A DNA stretch of 63,931 nt, counting the filler, from Octopus bimaculoides (taxonomy: Eukaryota), in NCBI RefSeq assembly GCF_001194135.2. It is 5 parts of 4 records of this genome, joined end to end, with 100 filler letters (N's around TTAATTAATTAA, not from the genome) between each part and the next. Parts side by side here need not be neighbours in the genome. Positions count along the whole stretch, not along the records: positions 23,024 to 44,089 come from NC_068999.1; 4 more parts are not named here. One strand, written 5' to 3'. The notes beneath the pieces are model-generated. The model was not told where the DNA came from and ran no database searches. It saw only the letters and a list, made by a program, of their open reading frames with translations. Position numbers and translations under genes: made by a program. Below, in pieces: positions 24,168 to 37,530 of the stretch. Within the stretch, counting starts at the first letter, position 1. Every line of letters begins with the position of its first letter.

Positions 24168-24312
24168 ATTGTGAACATCATCACCATCATCATTATTGTT
24201 ATTATTATCATGAACATTATTATTATTCGTATTGTTATTATTATTATTATTATCATCATTATCATCAGCATTACCATTGTTATTATTGTTGTTGTTGTTG
24301 TTGTTGTTGTTG
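24168..24312. repeat. Compound (ATC/ATT/GTT)n microsatellite
   Basis: Direct reading. Confidence 0.9.
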
Positions 24313-24954
24313 CATTGTTGCTGTATAGAAATCAACGGGATTCATTACACATGGCCAAACGCTTCGCTCAACACGAGCTTTTTAAACGTATGCTGTGATC
24401 AGTCACGATTTGCTTGAAGTACATTATAACATGGATCGACGAATGGACGGATGGATGGATACATGCATGCATATGCATAATACGCAATTAGCTTAATCCT
24501 AGATGATTTCATAATTAGCCCGCAGTCATTATCGAATACAAGATGGTGGATTTATAATCAAAATCAAAAAATCAAAAATGTTAGAATTTTAGATATTTTT
24601 TTTTTAATAGACACACAGACGATATGCTAACCATCTCTTAGACGTTTCTATAAAGATTTTAGCATGAACTCATAATATTCAGAATATTTAATTAAATGTT
24701 AATTAACCTATTTGGAGAGTTTTTGCAGGGTTTTCTTTTTGTTGTTCTAAGAAAATCCTTATCATTTTAAAGAATTTCTTTTGATTTGTATTCATTTCAT
24801 ATGAATGTTATTTTTCTAGTTATGGTTGGTGTTGTTGTTGTTATTGTTGTTTATGTTATTCTTGCTGAGGTTCGTCTTGTTTTCGTTGTTCTAGTCATCT
24901 TATTTGCTATTTTTTTGCTTAACCTACGTTGAAATGTCATTTAAATAGTTATAA

Positions 24955-25130
24955 GTTTATGGTTGAAATCAAAGTGCGTCGGACAAAATGCCTTGTAGTA
25001 TTAGCTCCTGCTCTATTTGTTCTAAGTTCAAACCTCGTGCTAATCAACTTTGTCTTTCATCTTTCTGGAGCCGGTAAAAGAAAATACCTGTCTTATATTG
25101 GGGTAGATTTAATCAATTATAACCCACCTT
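24955..25130 (+). mobile_element. Old diverged SINE family B copy
   Basis: cggacaaaatgcc...ttctaagttcaaacc...actttgtctttcatctttc...tggggtagatttaatc parallels 30916-31111. Confidence 0.55.
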
Positions 25131-25953
25131 TGTGCCAACGTAAAATAAAAAGAAAGTCTGATGAGTTCAGATCCGGACAAGATCAAGTTTGCCTTTTATT
25201 TCTCCGGACCAATAAAATATGGTACCAGGCATGACCAGAAAAGTAAATCAACGGTTTTTTTTTTTTTTTTACCTGTGACCTTTAGACTACACGCTAGACG
25301 TGTTCACTCCTAGATAGACAGACGTCTACAACACGTTGTAGAAAACCAGAAGCACTCATAGTCGTGTAAGCTGAAGATTTGTGAGAGTGCTAAGGAAGGC
25401 AAAAGTTTCTCGGAAAGATGTTAGTGCTTGTTGTCAGTATAATTGTCAGAGACACGCAAACGTATACAGTCTATGAAAGATCTATCTACAACCTCCGGGA
25501 CATGCGATTCCTCGTATGTAGTGTCGGGAATAGATCTAGCTCTGAGGGAGTAGAGTCAATTTGGCTCAACCTAACGCCTTCAACAGAGTCGACCATCTGT
25601 AGCTAAAGGCTACCCTGAGAAAAGTTTGTTCTGTCCCGTCTTTAGATGCTGGTTTTCCACGATCTACTACAGCATTTATTTATTCGTCAAACTAAACGGC
25701 CACCTCTCGGAACCATTTCGCATCGTGCATTCTATCTTTAGAAGTTGAAGTACATACACTGTCTTGTATTCTGTGGTGCAAGAATCACTTATATGGAAAT
25801 TGTAAACGTTGAAATGTATGTCACTAGTCCAGCAAGGGACGACTTTATCATCATAGAAAGTACACGATATTTTCAACATCTTGTATTGAATGCTCTCTTC
25901 AATTTTCCTCTCCATTCATTTGAATATTTCCATACATATATACAAACAAACAA

Positions 25954-25988
<35 letters not shown>

Positions 25989-26113
25989 CACACACTACAC
26001 TTATATATACATACATGTCTATGTATATATACACATATACATACATGTTTATGCATACATTTACATACACACACACACACACATTTATGTAAATGCATGT
26101 GTATATGTATGTG

Positions 26114-26161
<48 letters not shown>

Positions 26162-26162
26162 G
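26114..26162. repeat. (AGAT)n tetranucleotide microsatellite
   Basis: Direct reading. Confidence 0.95.
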
Positions 26163-26313
26163 ACAAACAGTCAAACAGACAAAAAGAAAGATAGTCAGAC
26201 AAAAGTGAGACAGACAGACAGACACACAAATAGATAGATGGATATTTTCATAGAACAGCTTTTAAAGTTGAGCTACTTCGCATTTATAAACCCTCGCGCA
26301 TGTACACACACAT

Positions 26314-26344
<31 letters not shown>

Positions 26345-26440
26345 CACACAAACACACACGCACGCACGCACGCGCATTTGTATATGTTTGTCAATATGAT
26401 AGACAATGCGTGTGTGAGTACGCTCGTGTATATGTAAATA

Positions 26441-26445
<5 letters not shown>

Positions 26446-26524
<79 letters not shown>
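26446..26524. repeat. Long (TA)n microsatellite
   Basis: Direct reading. Confidence 0.95.
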
Positions 26525-26528
<4 letters not shown>

Positions 26529-27301
26529 TGTATGTATGTATGTATATATGTATTATGTATTTATGCATGCAAGTGTGCATGTATGTATATATGTATGCAT
26601 CATACATTATCAATGTTCGTAGAGTGCCTCTTCATGTAATGTGTATGATGACGTAATGGTGTGATAAAGTGATGACGTAATGACGCAATGGCGCGATACC
26701 AGAGTAAAACGGTGATGGTGGAGTTGTATTATACAAGACGTATGTTTCCCTTGCGGCCACTTCCACATACCACCCAAAGGAGGAGTAAAACATCGATCTA
26801 CGAACGGCGTATAGTTTATGTTAAAACAATAGTGCTACAAGATAATGCCAAAGACAATACATTAAAACTCCAATTCCATTTCCATCTAACCTTCTTCTAA
26901 GTTGAGTGTCATTATCCTACAATTTGGTATAATGTTCCATAGGAAGCTCACTATAAGCAATTCCCAAATGCAAGCGTTCATAATAAACAAGGCAAATGCT
27001 AATAACGAAATTTGAGAGAATCTGACATTTGGTTCCAGCTCCAATAATTGTTTGATGTATTGAAGAATAAATATCCAAAATAGAAACTCTGTGGAATATG
27101 CCACGAGAAATTTCTGTAATATATTACGAAATGATAAATGTCGACGGGAGTCAGAGAAGTTCATAAAACTGGTCATTAGCTGAAAGAATTTCTGTTATTT
27201 TATATGGAGCAGAATCGGAGTTCTACTTTCACTCTTGGATGTGATGCCATTTATTTTATTTCATGGAATCGGAGCCCATCATCAACAATGCTAATGCGTA
27301 T

Positions 27302-27419
27302 GAAGAAGAAGAAGAAGAAGAAGAAGAAGAAGAAGAAGAAGAAGAAGAAGAAGAAGAAGAAGAAGAAGAAGAAGAAGAAGAAGAAGAAGAAGAAGAAGAA
27401 GAAGAAGAAGAAGAAGAAG

Positions 27420-27453
<34 letters not shown>
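27302..27453. repeat. Compound (GAA)~40 (CAA)~10 microsatellite
   Basis: Direct reading; explains the poly-E, poly-K and poly-F ORFs. Confidence 0.95.
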
Positions 27454-27454
<1 letters not shown>

Positions 27455-28664
27455 GGAGCAGAACAAGTACATGAAAAAGTACAAAAAGAAAGAGTAGGTA
27501 GAAGAACTGTTTTATTTGCTACAGTGCCATAGAAGAGTGGGACATTACAAGGATAGCTTACAATTTGTGTCGAAGCTTACATAAAATATGAGGGGAAAGA
27601 AATGGAAAAGACGGTGAAATGAGATAAATGTATCGATAAATTACAAAGTATGTGAACACATAAATGATCCTACCCTCCGAACACAGGAGAACCTTCAACC
27701 AAGGCCAGTTAATGTACCCTACAGGGTCAGGACTGCACTGACAACCAAAGATATGTGGCTTTGCCCAACACTTAGAATAGGTCCAGCCTTCCTAACTATT
27801 TTCCCAAATAATAGGCGTTTCAAATGTAGACAAGGACAGCATTTTCGCCCTTTTTATTTTATTTATGTTTTTCGGTGAGGGATGTCTGTCGATTACACTG
27901 ACTCCACTAATTGACAGGTATACCACTGCATTTCGTCACCTCCCACAAGGCAAAGTTGACTTCGCCGGGACACAGCTTTCCTAGAGTTATACCCCAGTTA
28001 TAAGATCAATGGGCCTAGTGGTGCACAGAAAAAAGGCTTAGTTTCAATAAATGTTACAGTAACGGCCAACTGAGTGACTTCAGCCCAAAATAAGAGAAAA
28101 AGAGGACCCAGAAGTAAGCTTCCGCTGTTTTGCAAGTGTTTTGTTAATCACAGTACTGAAAACGGCCAGACTGGCAGCATACGAAATCACCAGCAACCGA
28201 AACTGAGGTGATAAGGGACCGAAGAGACTAATATGCCTCAACATCAAGAACGTGATCAGCTGGTAAGTGATGATCCCCATCCACATGCAACAATACAGCG
28301 CATATGATAACTGGAGAAAAACATATTTAAAAAATCATCAGGGATAGCAAAACAAGAAGTGGCGAAGAAATGATCTGAGACCAAACACTGAAGGTTCCCT
28401 CATGAGATTCTTGGCTTTCGATGCACCAGCGACGACAAAATGTACCTGGTAATTGGTGCGAATGTATTATGCGTGTTGTTTTCTGCTTACCTGCTTACAT
28501 ACACGCGCTCGCGCCCGCGTTCACAATCACATATACATGCACACAATATGCATAAAAATAAATATATATACATACTCAAAGAAATGCACCTCACACATAC
28601 AATCGCATACATAGCCATACGTCCATATATATATACAGAGATAAGAGGAAAGGAAACTATTCTT

Positions 28665-28875
28665 TTCTACTTTAGGCACAAGGCCCGAAATTTTTGGGGA
28701 GGTGGCCAGTTGATTAGATCGACCCCAGTACGCAACTGCTTCTTAATTTATCGAAACCGAAAGGATGAAAGGTAAAGTTGACCTCGGTATAATTTGAACT
28801 CAGAAGTAAAGACAGACGAAATACCGTTAAGCATTTCCCCCGGCATGCTAACGCTTCTGCCAGCTTCCTGCCTTA
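28665..28875 (-). mobile_element. tRNA-SINE family B
   Basis: Reverse complement of the ggcggcgagctggcagaa...gagttcaaatt...cctttcatcctttc family. Confidence 0.85.
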
Positions 28876-28929
28876 GTAGCGGAAAATATTGAAATATAAC
28901 TATGTCGTAAATACACGATATTCTTTTAT

Positions 28930-29337
28930 TCTTTTATTCTTTTATTTGTTTCAGTCATTTGACTGAAGCCATGCTGGAGCACCGCCTTTATTCGAACAAA
29001 TCAACCCCAAGACTTATTCTTTGTAAGCCTAGTACTTATTCTATCGGGTCTCTTTTGCCAAACCGCTAAGTTACAGGGACGTAAACACACCAGCATCGGT
29101 TGTCAAGCGATGTTGGGGGGGGGGAGAAACACAGACACATACACACACATATATATATATATATACATACATACGACGGGCTTCATTCAGTTTCCGTCTA
29201 CCACATCCACTCACAAGGCTTTGGTCGGCTCGAGGGTATAGTAGAAGACACTTTCCCAAGATGCCTCGCAGAGGGACTGAACCCAGAACCATGTGGTTGT
29301 TAAGCAAGCTACTTACTACACAGCCACTCCTGCGCCT
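28930..29337 (-). mobile_element. Full tRNA-SINE family A
   Basis: Reverse complement of the 21010 structure, including the internal microsatellite. Confidence 0.9.
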
Positions 29338-29381
29338 TATATGTGTGTGTGTGTGTATTAATAAAATATATATAAACCACA

Positions 29382-29416
<35 letters not shown>

Positions 29417-30559
29417 CGAACATATATATATAAACATATATATCTGTATTACGTAAGTGCACACACGCGCGCACACATACACACACAAACACTCACACAC
29501 ATATATATGTGTATATAGAAACACACACACGTAGTGTGTATGTGTGTGTGCGTGTGTGTGTGTCTGTCTGTGTGTCTGTCTGTGTGTATCTGTCTGTGTG
29601 TGTGTGTCAGTGTGTCTGTGTGCGTGTGTAATTGTAATCAAAAGACATAATATGATTATAAAAGCGAGATGCACAAATATAAAACACTATAATAAAACTA
29701 TATGTATAAGAGAAATATATAAAAAATACTGTAATATAATTAATTTGTAATTGCACAAAATTATTCAAGTCTTAATAGACAAAAAGACCTGAAAACATTT
29801 AAACACTGAAACTACATACTTATATTTGCAAAACATCTAAAAAGCTATACAAGATTGCCACTAACAATTTTGTTTTTACATATAACGTTTGAAATCATAC
29901 CAAAAACTAACACATAGAAAACATTATCAATAATAGAAGCATGGTCACTCACATCAAATATAATAGTAGGGTTAAATGCCGGGTTAAGACTCAAGGATAA
30001 CTTTTAGCTAATCTCATATATGTATTCTGTAACGAGTGAATTGGGAAATTGAAGTAAGTATATTTCAGCTTCTAATAACTGAAAAATTATAAAACCACCA
30101 GTCTTTTGTAAAAAAAAAAAAAGGAAAAGGTGAATCATATTATAACATAGTGTTTCTCGACCATTTTTTTTTTTATCTATGGACCCGTTGATTCTTATTT
30201 TGCACGGATGGACACTCCTAGCCATTTAATGTTAAAAATAATCTTATATTTTTATGGTTAAATTATAATCATGTTTTTGGTAATTAAATATTAGAAATTG
30301 TATAAAAATCATTATTGAGTATCATTATTCAGTATCGTAGAAACATAACCAACTTATTGCAGATAAATTGTAACAAAATACTCTTACATGGACCCCAAAG
30401 GAAGAGAACCATTGGTCTAAAATATAAATAAGCCTAGAAAGCCACTCAGTTCTTTTGTTATATAGCGGACTATTATCTCTCCCTCACAAAACCTTTTTCC
30501 CCCAAAAGCTTTTGTGTTTGGTAGTTCAGGTCTTAGATAGTAATGATAATGAGAGTGAT

Positions 30560-30772
30560 ATTGATTTCAAATATTGCCACAAGGCCAGCAGTTCTGGGGG
30601 AAGAGTACGACATTTACATTCACCCCAGTACTCAATTGCTATTTTATCTTCCCTGAAAAATTGAAAGCAAAGTCGACTTCAGTGGAATTCGAATTCAGAA
30701 CGGAAAGACAGATGAAATGCTGCTAAGCATTTTGTCCGGCCTGCTAACAATTTTGCCAGCTCGCCGCCTTAA
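30560..30772 (-). mobile_element. tRNA-SINE family B
   Basis: Ends ...gccagctcgccgcc (head); same family as 30916 and 53362. Confidence 0.85.
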
Positions 30773-30914
30773 TAATGAGAATAATTTTATAAATGGTGAT
30801 GACTTCTCGATGTGGCTATGGGTAGGCACGACAGAGCAACAGTTTTTAAGTTAGTAGTAGTAGAACAGAATCGCCTAAAATATTTCCATTTAGTGATAGA
30901 GAAAATGGTCTGAT

Positions 30915-31111
30915 CGGGGCGGCGAGCTGGCAGAAACGTTAGCACGCCGGACGAAATGCTTAGCGGTATTTCATCTGTTTTTATGTTCTGAGTTCAATTT
31001 CTGCCGTGGTCGACTTTGCATTTCATCCTTTTGGGGGTTAATAAATTAAGTACCAATCTAATCGACTGGACCCCTCACCAAAACTTTTGGGCTTTGTACC
31101 CAGAGTAGAAA
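30915..31111 (+). mobile_element. tRNA-SINE family B with 17-bp TSD
   Basis: TSD AGAGAAAATGGTCTGAT at 30898-30914 and 31112-31128; B box-like GAGTTCAATT. Confidence 0.92.
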
Positions 31112-32339
31112 AGAGAAAATGGTCTGATTATAGTATGCCTCTCTTAATAGATACATTTTAAAAAAAGGTTAAATCTAAAAATCAGTGTAAATGCCAATTT
31201 TTAAATTGTTAATTTCCTGGATATCGCTTTAAAACCGAATACAAGCAAAAGTATCTCTTCGTCAGAAATTCCACAGCCTTACAAAATATAGTCAGCAACA
31301 TTAGTATACAGATTTCGAGCATCTCGATCGATGCAGTTTCCTACATCAGGACCGCTTATTATTGCAATCATGTTTTTGCAGAGAGTAGCTTTCAGTTAAA
31401 ATGCAATGCATGTATGATATCAACATGTGTAAATATAATGAAGAGAAGGAAAGATGATGTCTCAAATTCGACACCTTTTAATTTAAATGTCGTTTTCCAT
31501 TAGTAAGAAATTTCCTGGGAATAATACATAAACTTGCTACTTCCATCAAAAACATAGCAAAAGGTCTTTAACAAAAATACAGCCAAGTTTAACTATAGTC
31601 GCACTAAAATAATTCGCTACTTCAACAACGTCCAAAGCTCAGTAACTGTAACACTGTAACTTCTTATCCCTTCAATGGAAAGAGTCTGATACACCAAACC
31701 AAAGTCTCTTCAGCCGATAACAAATAATGGAAAAGTATGTATTAGTGTATATAAATGCTATCACTGTGCTATTAAGTGCTTTGTAACAGGTTTTATGAGA
31801 TGATGTTTTTTCTAAATTGTGATAAAGAAATTTTTTTCGTAAAATATTCAGATTTCGATCATCTGAAATTCGTAATGTCTCTATGGGCACTGTTAATTTT
31901 GTGTTAGTATATGGGGAGTAGTTCAGGCATATATGTAAACAGTATATAATCCTTTGTTATGATGATGTCTCTTTAGTTAGACTTTATATCTATTAGATTC
32001 GCCAGTATTGGTGGCGGCGTTCTTAATGTCAGGCAAGTCTATTTTAATGGGCTGTTTTTTCCTTTCACTGGTCTCCATAGATAGAAAGCTCACAGAGTAC
32101 ATAATTGGCTTACAAGATTGTTTTTTTATATTTATTATATTGCGTCATCCCATAAATAATACGATTTTTTATACTTCTTTTATTTTTCAAAATTAAGATA
32201 AACAAAGTTCTTTTTTTACAATCCCCTTCCATCTATTTGATAGACTTCCAAAATTTACTTATCCGTGACGAAAAATACTCCTCCAGTACTGTTCTAACCT
32301 CGAATACAGAATTCATATTTTTTTCCATCCAAATGATGT

Positions 32340-32537
32340 TGAAGAGGGGCTAATCGATTCTATCGATCTCTGTGTACAACTGGTACTTATTTCATCGACC
32401 CCGAAGGGATGAAAGATATAGTCGACCTTGGCGGGATTTGAACCTCAGAACATAAAGCCGGAAGAGAATGCTGCTTAGCACTTTGTCCAGTGTGAGTACG
32501 ATTTTGCGTGCAAATGATACTACCAGCTCACCGCTTT
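32340..32537 (-). mobile_element. tRNA-SINE family B, diverged
   Basis: ctggtacttatttcatcgaccccgaagggatgaaag...gtcgaccttggcgggatttgaac...ccagctcaccgc. Confidence 0.8.
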
Positions 32538-32927
32538 AACGTATATCATTAATGATAATATTCATTATATAAGAACATCCTTATAAACAAATTAACAACT
32601 TTGTGATCTTTCAACGTATGGAGGACAGTGAAAGGGAACTTGGTGCTTAATATTAGTTCCCTTCGCAGTTTTCTCTTTTGATATATAGGAATGCACATCA
32701 TCTTTTAAACACTGTTAATATATCATGCAATTTCAATTTAAATCGTGCTCCATAGATATACGCACATAAATAAAGTAATAAATGTACTTGAAACAGCGTT
32801 TGATTAAAATACTGGTGTATGTATCATTTCTAATACGCATATATGGCACCGTTACAAGTCACTTTGAGAAACTTCTCTAGGATAAAAGATTAAGGCTAGA
32901 GGCATTCTATAAAATGCACACCGGTAT

Positions 32928-32989
<62 letters not shown>

Positions 32990-33574
32990 TGTGTGTGTGT
33001 ATGCGTGCGTGCGTGGTGTGTGCAGCATGAAGTAACCATTAATTCAGCCACGTTTGTTTTCACTGCACTTTTCTCNNNNNNNNNNNNNNNNNNNNNNNNN
33101 NNNNNNNNNNNNNNNNNNNNNNNNNNNNNNNNNNNNNNNNNNNNNNNNNNNNNNNNNNNNNNNNNNNNNNNNNNNNNNNNNNNNNNNNNNNNNNNNNNNN
33201 NNNNNNNNNNNNNNNNNNNNNNNNNNNNNNNNNNNNNNNNNNNNNNNNNNNNNNNNNNNNNNNNNNNNNNNNNNNNNNNNNNNNNNNNNNNNNNNNNNNN
33301 NNNNNNNNNNNNNNNNNNNNNNNNNNNNNNNNNNNNNNNNNNNNNNNNNNNNNNNNNNNNNNNNNNNNNNNNNNNNNNNNNNNNNNNNNNNNNNNNNNNN
33401 NNNNNNNNNNNNNNNNNNNNNNNNNNNNNNNNNNNNNNNNNNNNNNNNNNNNNNNNNNNNNNNNNNNNNNNNNNNNNNNNNNNNNNNNNNNNNNNNNNNN
33501 NNNNNNNNNNNNNNNNNNNNNNNNNNNNNNNNNNNNNNNNNNNNNNNNNNNNNNNNNNNNNNNNNNNNNNNNNN

Positions 33575-33636
<62 letters not shown>

Positions 33637-35219
33637 AGGGATGGATGGGTGCATATATATAGACCATAAAACATTATATAGTAAGAGAGATAAATATATT
33701 TGTTTAACCACCTGACATTCTCAGGATTACAGCCGTGTCGCACCATTCTTCATGTAGTATTAACTTCAGTGTTTACATGCTTGTATTAATATGCCTGCTA
33801 AGCGCTATACAATGGAATTGTATATTTACAAATCAATGTCCATCAAACAAAAGAGCTCATCAGATCACCAGATACATATAGCTATGCTAACGAATCAAGT
33901 GTAAGTATACATAAAATTCTTTCTCTTTATATATACAATGAAGTAATTTCATTGATCGAATATTCTGGATTTCTGATACATAGACACTCTCTAAAAAAAT
34001 TCTCTGTATTAGATTGCTATGCGGCCTGATAGCTGTGTCCGTCCGAGGAGCTTCCTGTGGAGCCACACAATTCTCGGAATCCACACCTTATACAACTAAT
34101 TTATATATATATANNNNNNNNNNNNNNNNNNNNNNNNNNNNNNNNNNNNNNNNNNNNNNNNNNNNNNNNNNNNNNNNNNNNNNNNNNNNNNNNNNNNNNN
34201 NNNNNNNNNNNNNNNNNNNNNNNNNNNNNNNNNNNNNNNNNNNNNNNNNNNNNNNNNNNNNNNNNNNNNNNNNNNNNNNNNNNNNNNNNNNNNNNNNNNN
34301 NNNNNNNNNNNNNNNNNNNNNNNNNNNNNNNNNNNNNNNNNNNNNNNNNNNNNNNNNNNNNNNNNNNNNNNNNNNNNNNNNNNNNNNNNNNNNNNNNNNN
34401 NNNNNNNNNNNNNNNNNNNNNNNNNNNNNNNNNNNNNNNNNNNNNNNNNNNNNNNNNNNNNNNNNNNNNNNNNNNNNNNNNNNNNNNNNNNNNNNNNNNN
34501 NNNNNNNNNNNNNNNNNNNNNNNNNNNNNNNNNNNNNNNNNNNNNNNNNNNNNNNNNNNNNNNNNNNNNNNNNNNNNNNNNNNTATATATATGTATGTAT
34601 GTATATGTATATATATAATTATTTCAGTGCAGAACAGAAATAAATAAATAAATGAATAAATAAATAAATAAATCTTTAAATTTTTACGACATAAAATATT
34701 TCTCTTTACTTTCGATGTTACAGCGTTCGATATGTGTGTGTGTGCGATATGTAGTTTGTGAGTATATGCGTACACGCATGCGTCTCTCCGTATGTGTGTC
34801 TTGAATTGAATAAATATGGATATGTTAGTTTGCGTGTGTATGTGAATGCACGGATTTGACTGAAAATAGATTTTTACTCGAAGACATCAGAATTGAATTA
34901 GGAAAAATTTTCCATTTTTTTTTATTGTGACGTCATAATAACCTATGACGAACTTTGTACATGTATGCGTGTTTTAGAATTCGTATCTTAGTGTGCGCAT
35001 GTGCATGTGTACGATATTCACCTCCCCGCCGCCATTTCCTTTATATTTTACTCGCTTTCTCTTCACACTCGTTGTTTGCCTTGCTTTCTCTCCCCTACCT
35101 CCCTTTCATAGATTCCTTTCTTACTCATCACACCTTCTCTTGTTCCCACTCCACATCACTGACAAAAGTATGCATTTTACCTCCCCTGTTCCTTGAGACG
35201 TTACGTCCCATATCCTTTT

Positions 35220-35253
<34 letters not shown>

Positions 35254-35502
35254 CTTTTCTCTTCTCTAACTATTACACTTTAGTGGGACTAAAATGAAAT
35301 AACTCTATACACATGAAACTACATATACACGGTGAAGTATATTATAATGCACAAACTGATACATGAATACATACACGCGTATATATAATATGTATGTGCA
35401 TATGTATATATATATATATACTAGCACTATTATTATCTCCCTGTCGTTCAACCCCTATTTTTATTATTATCTCCCTTTCTTCTTTGTTTATCTCTTTTTA
35501 TC

Positions 35503-35540
35503 CCTTTCTGTTGAAGAGCGTAGGCTTGAAACGTAAAAGG
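35503..35540 (+). ncRNA. Degenerate minimal hammerhead motif in a short PLE-terminus-like repeat (about 35470-35630)
   Basis: Stem I CCTTT/AAAGG; core CTGTTGA+A (A6 to T); stem II GAGC-gtag-GCTT; GAAA; ACGT stem III; triplet GTA. Confidence 0.55.
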
Positions 35541-35633
35541 CTTTTTCATTTTTCCCAAGCGTCAAACTAATAGACTTGCTTGCTGTTCATACACCTGTCT
35601 TCGTATTTTATTGTTTTTCTATAAATTTCAACT

Positions 35634-35698
35634 ATGTATGTATGCATGTATGTATGTATGTATGTATGTATGTATGTATGTATGTATGTATGTATGTA
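35634..35698. repeat. (TATG)n microsatellite
   Basis: Direct reading. Confidence 0.95.
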
Positions 35699-35702
35699 TA
35701 CT

Positions 35703-35934
35703 AATTGTTTCAGTCATTAGACTGCAGCCACGTTGGAGTAACGCATTGAAGAATTTTCAGTCAAGGAGTCCGCCACATTAGTTATTTTTTCAGCCTGGTA
35801 CTTACTCTGTTGGTCTCTTGGACCGAGCTGCTAAGTTACGTGGAGGCAAACACACTAACATCGGTTGTCAAACTGTGGTGGGAGAAAAACACACTAACAT
35901 CGGTTGTCAAACTGTGGTGGGAGAAAAACACACA
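35703..35934 (-). mobile_element. SINE family A 3' half with internal 39-bp tandem duplication
   Basis: aaacacactaacatcggttgtcaaactgtggtgggagaa twice (35848-35886, 35887-35925), then a gap. Confidence 0.8.
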
Positions 35935-36484
35935 NNNNNNNNNNNNNNNNNNNNNNNNNNNNNNNNNNNNNNNNNNNNNNNNNNNNNNNNNNNNNNNNNN
36001 NNNNNNNNNNNNNNNNNNNNNNNNNNNNNNNNNNNNNNNNNNNNNNNNNNNNNNNNNNNNNNNNNNNNNNNNNNNNNNNNNNNNNNNNNNNNNNNNNNNN
36101 NNNNNNNNNNNNNNNNNNNNNNNNNNNNNNNNNNNNNNNNNNNNNNNNNNNNNNNNNNNNNNNNNNNNNNNNNNNNNNNNNNNNNNNNNNNNNNNNNNNN
36201 NNNNNNNNNNNNNNNNNNNNNNNNNNNNNNNNNNNNNNNNNNNNNNNNNNNNNNNNNNNNNNNNNNNNNNNNNNNNNNNNNNNNNNNNNNNNNNNNNNNN
36301 NNNNNNNNNNNNNNNNNNNNNNNNNNNNNNNNNNNNNNNNNNNNNNNNNNNNNNNNNNNNNNNNNNNNNNNNNNNNNNNNNNNNNNNNNNNNNNNNNNNN
36401 NNNNNNNNNNNGTATGCGTATGTGTGCGTGCGAGTGTGTGTGTGTACGTGCGTGTGTTTGAGTGTGCGTGTGTGTGTCTTTGCA

Positions 36485-36612
36485 TCCATGGTTGTCAACC
36501 CTCCACGGCTTGACAACCAGTGTTAGTGTGTTTACATCCCTGTAGTTCAGGGGATTGATTCATTCAACTGACAATTTTCCAAGGAGGTGCCCCAGCATGA
36601 CCGCTGTCTGAA
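36485..36612 (+). mobile_element. SINE family A tail fragment, internally deleted
   Basis: gcttgacaaccagtgttagtgtgtttacatccc...aggtgccccagcatgaccgc. Confidence 0.65.
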
Positions 36613-36625
36613 AGAAGTATATAAA

Positions 36626-36672
<47 letters not shown>

Positions 36673-37087
36673 NNNNNNNNNNNNNNNNNNNNNNNNNNNN
36701 NNNNNNNNNNNNNNNNNNNNNNNNNNNNNNNNNNNNNNNNNNNNNNNNNNNNNNNNNNNNNNNNNNNNNNNNNNNNNNNNNNNNNNNNNNNNNNNNNNNN
36801 NNNNNNNNNNNNNNNNNNNNNNNNNNNNNNNNNNNNNNNNNNNNNNNNNNNNNNNNNNNNNNNNAAATATTAAAATAATTTTATCATGAACAACATTTCG
36901 CTACCGGTTTCACCCTTTTCGACTTTTTCAACTTAGAGTAAAGCATGAAAAACAATTAAGTAGTGGAAAAATGGAATAAATATTTCCATAGTTTCGAAAT
37001 AGCTCGGACATTTTCCATTTACGTGTCACTCTCTTTCTCCCTTTTACTTTTGTGAAGGCTGGGTTGGTAGGTAGGTAGTAGCAGATC

Positions 37088-37133
37088 CCTGTGTTTGGGA
37101 AGCAAGCTTCTTACCACAGCCACGCGTGCGCCT
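37088..37133 (-). mobile_element. SINE family A head fragment
   Basis: tgggaagcaagcttcttaccacagccacgcgtgcgcct. Confidence 0.6.
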
Positions 37134-37164
37134 ATACACACACACACGCACACACACATTATAA

Positions 37165-37213
<49 letters not shown>

Positions 37214-37314
37214 GACAAGTTATATATGAATGAATATCATGCGTCTGCGTTTGTGCAAATATATAGATATATTTGAACATATGAATATGTGTGTGTGTGT
37301 GTGTAGGTATTTGC

Positions 37315-37530
<216 letters not shown>

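Noticed and set aside
27204-27532. Poly-K, poly-E and poly-F ORFs
   Set aside because: Translations of the (GAA)n(CAA)n microsatellite
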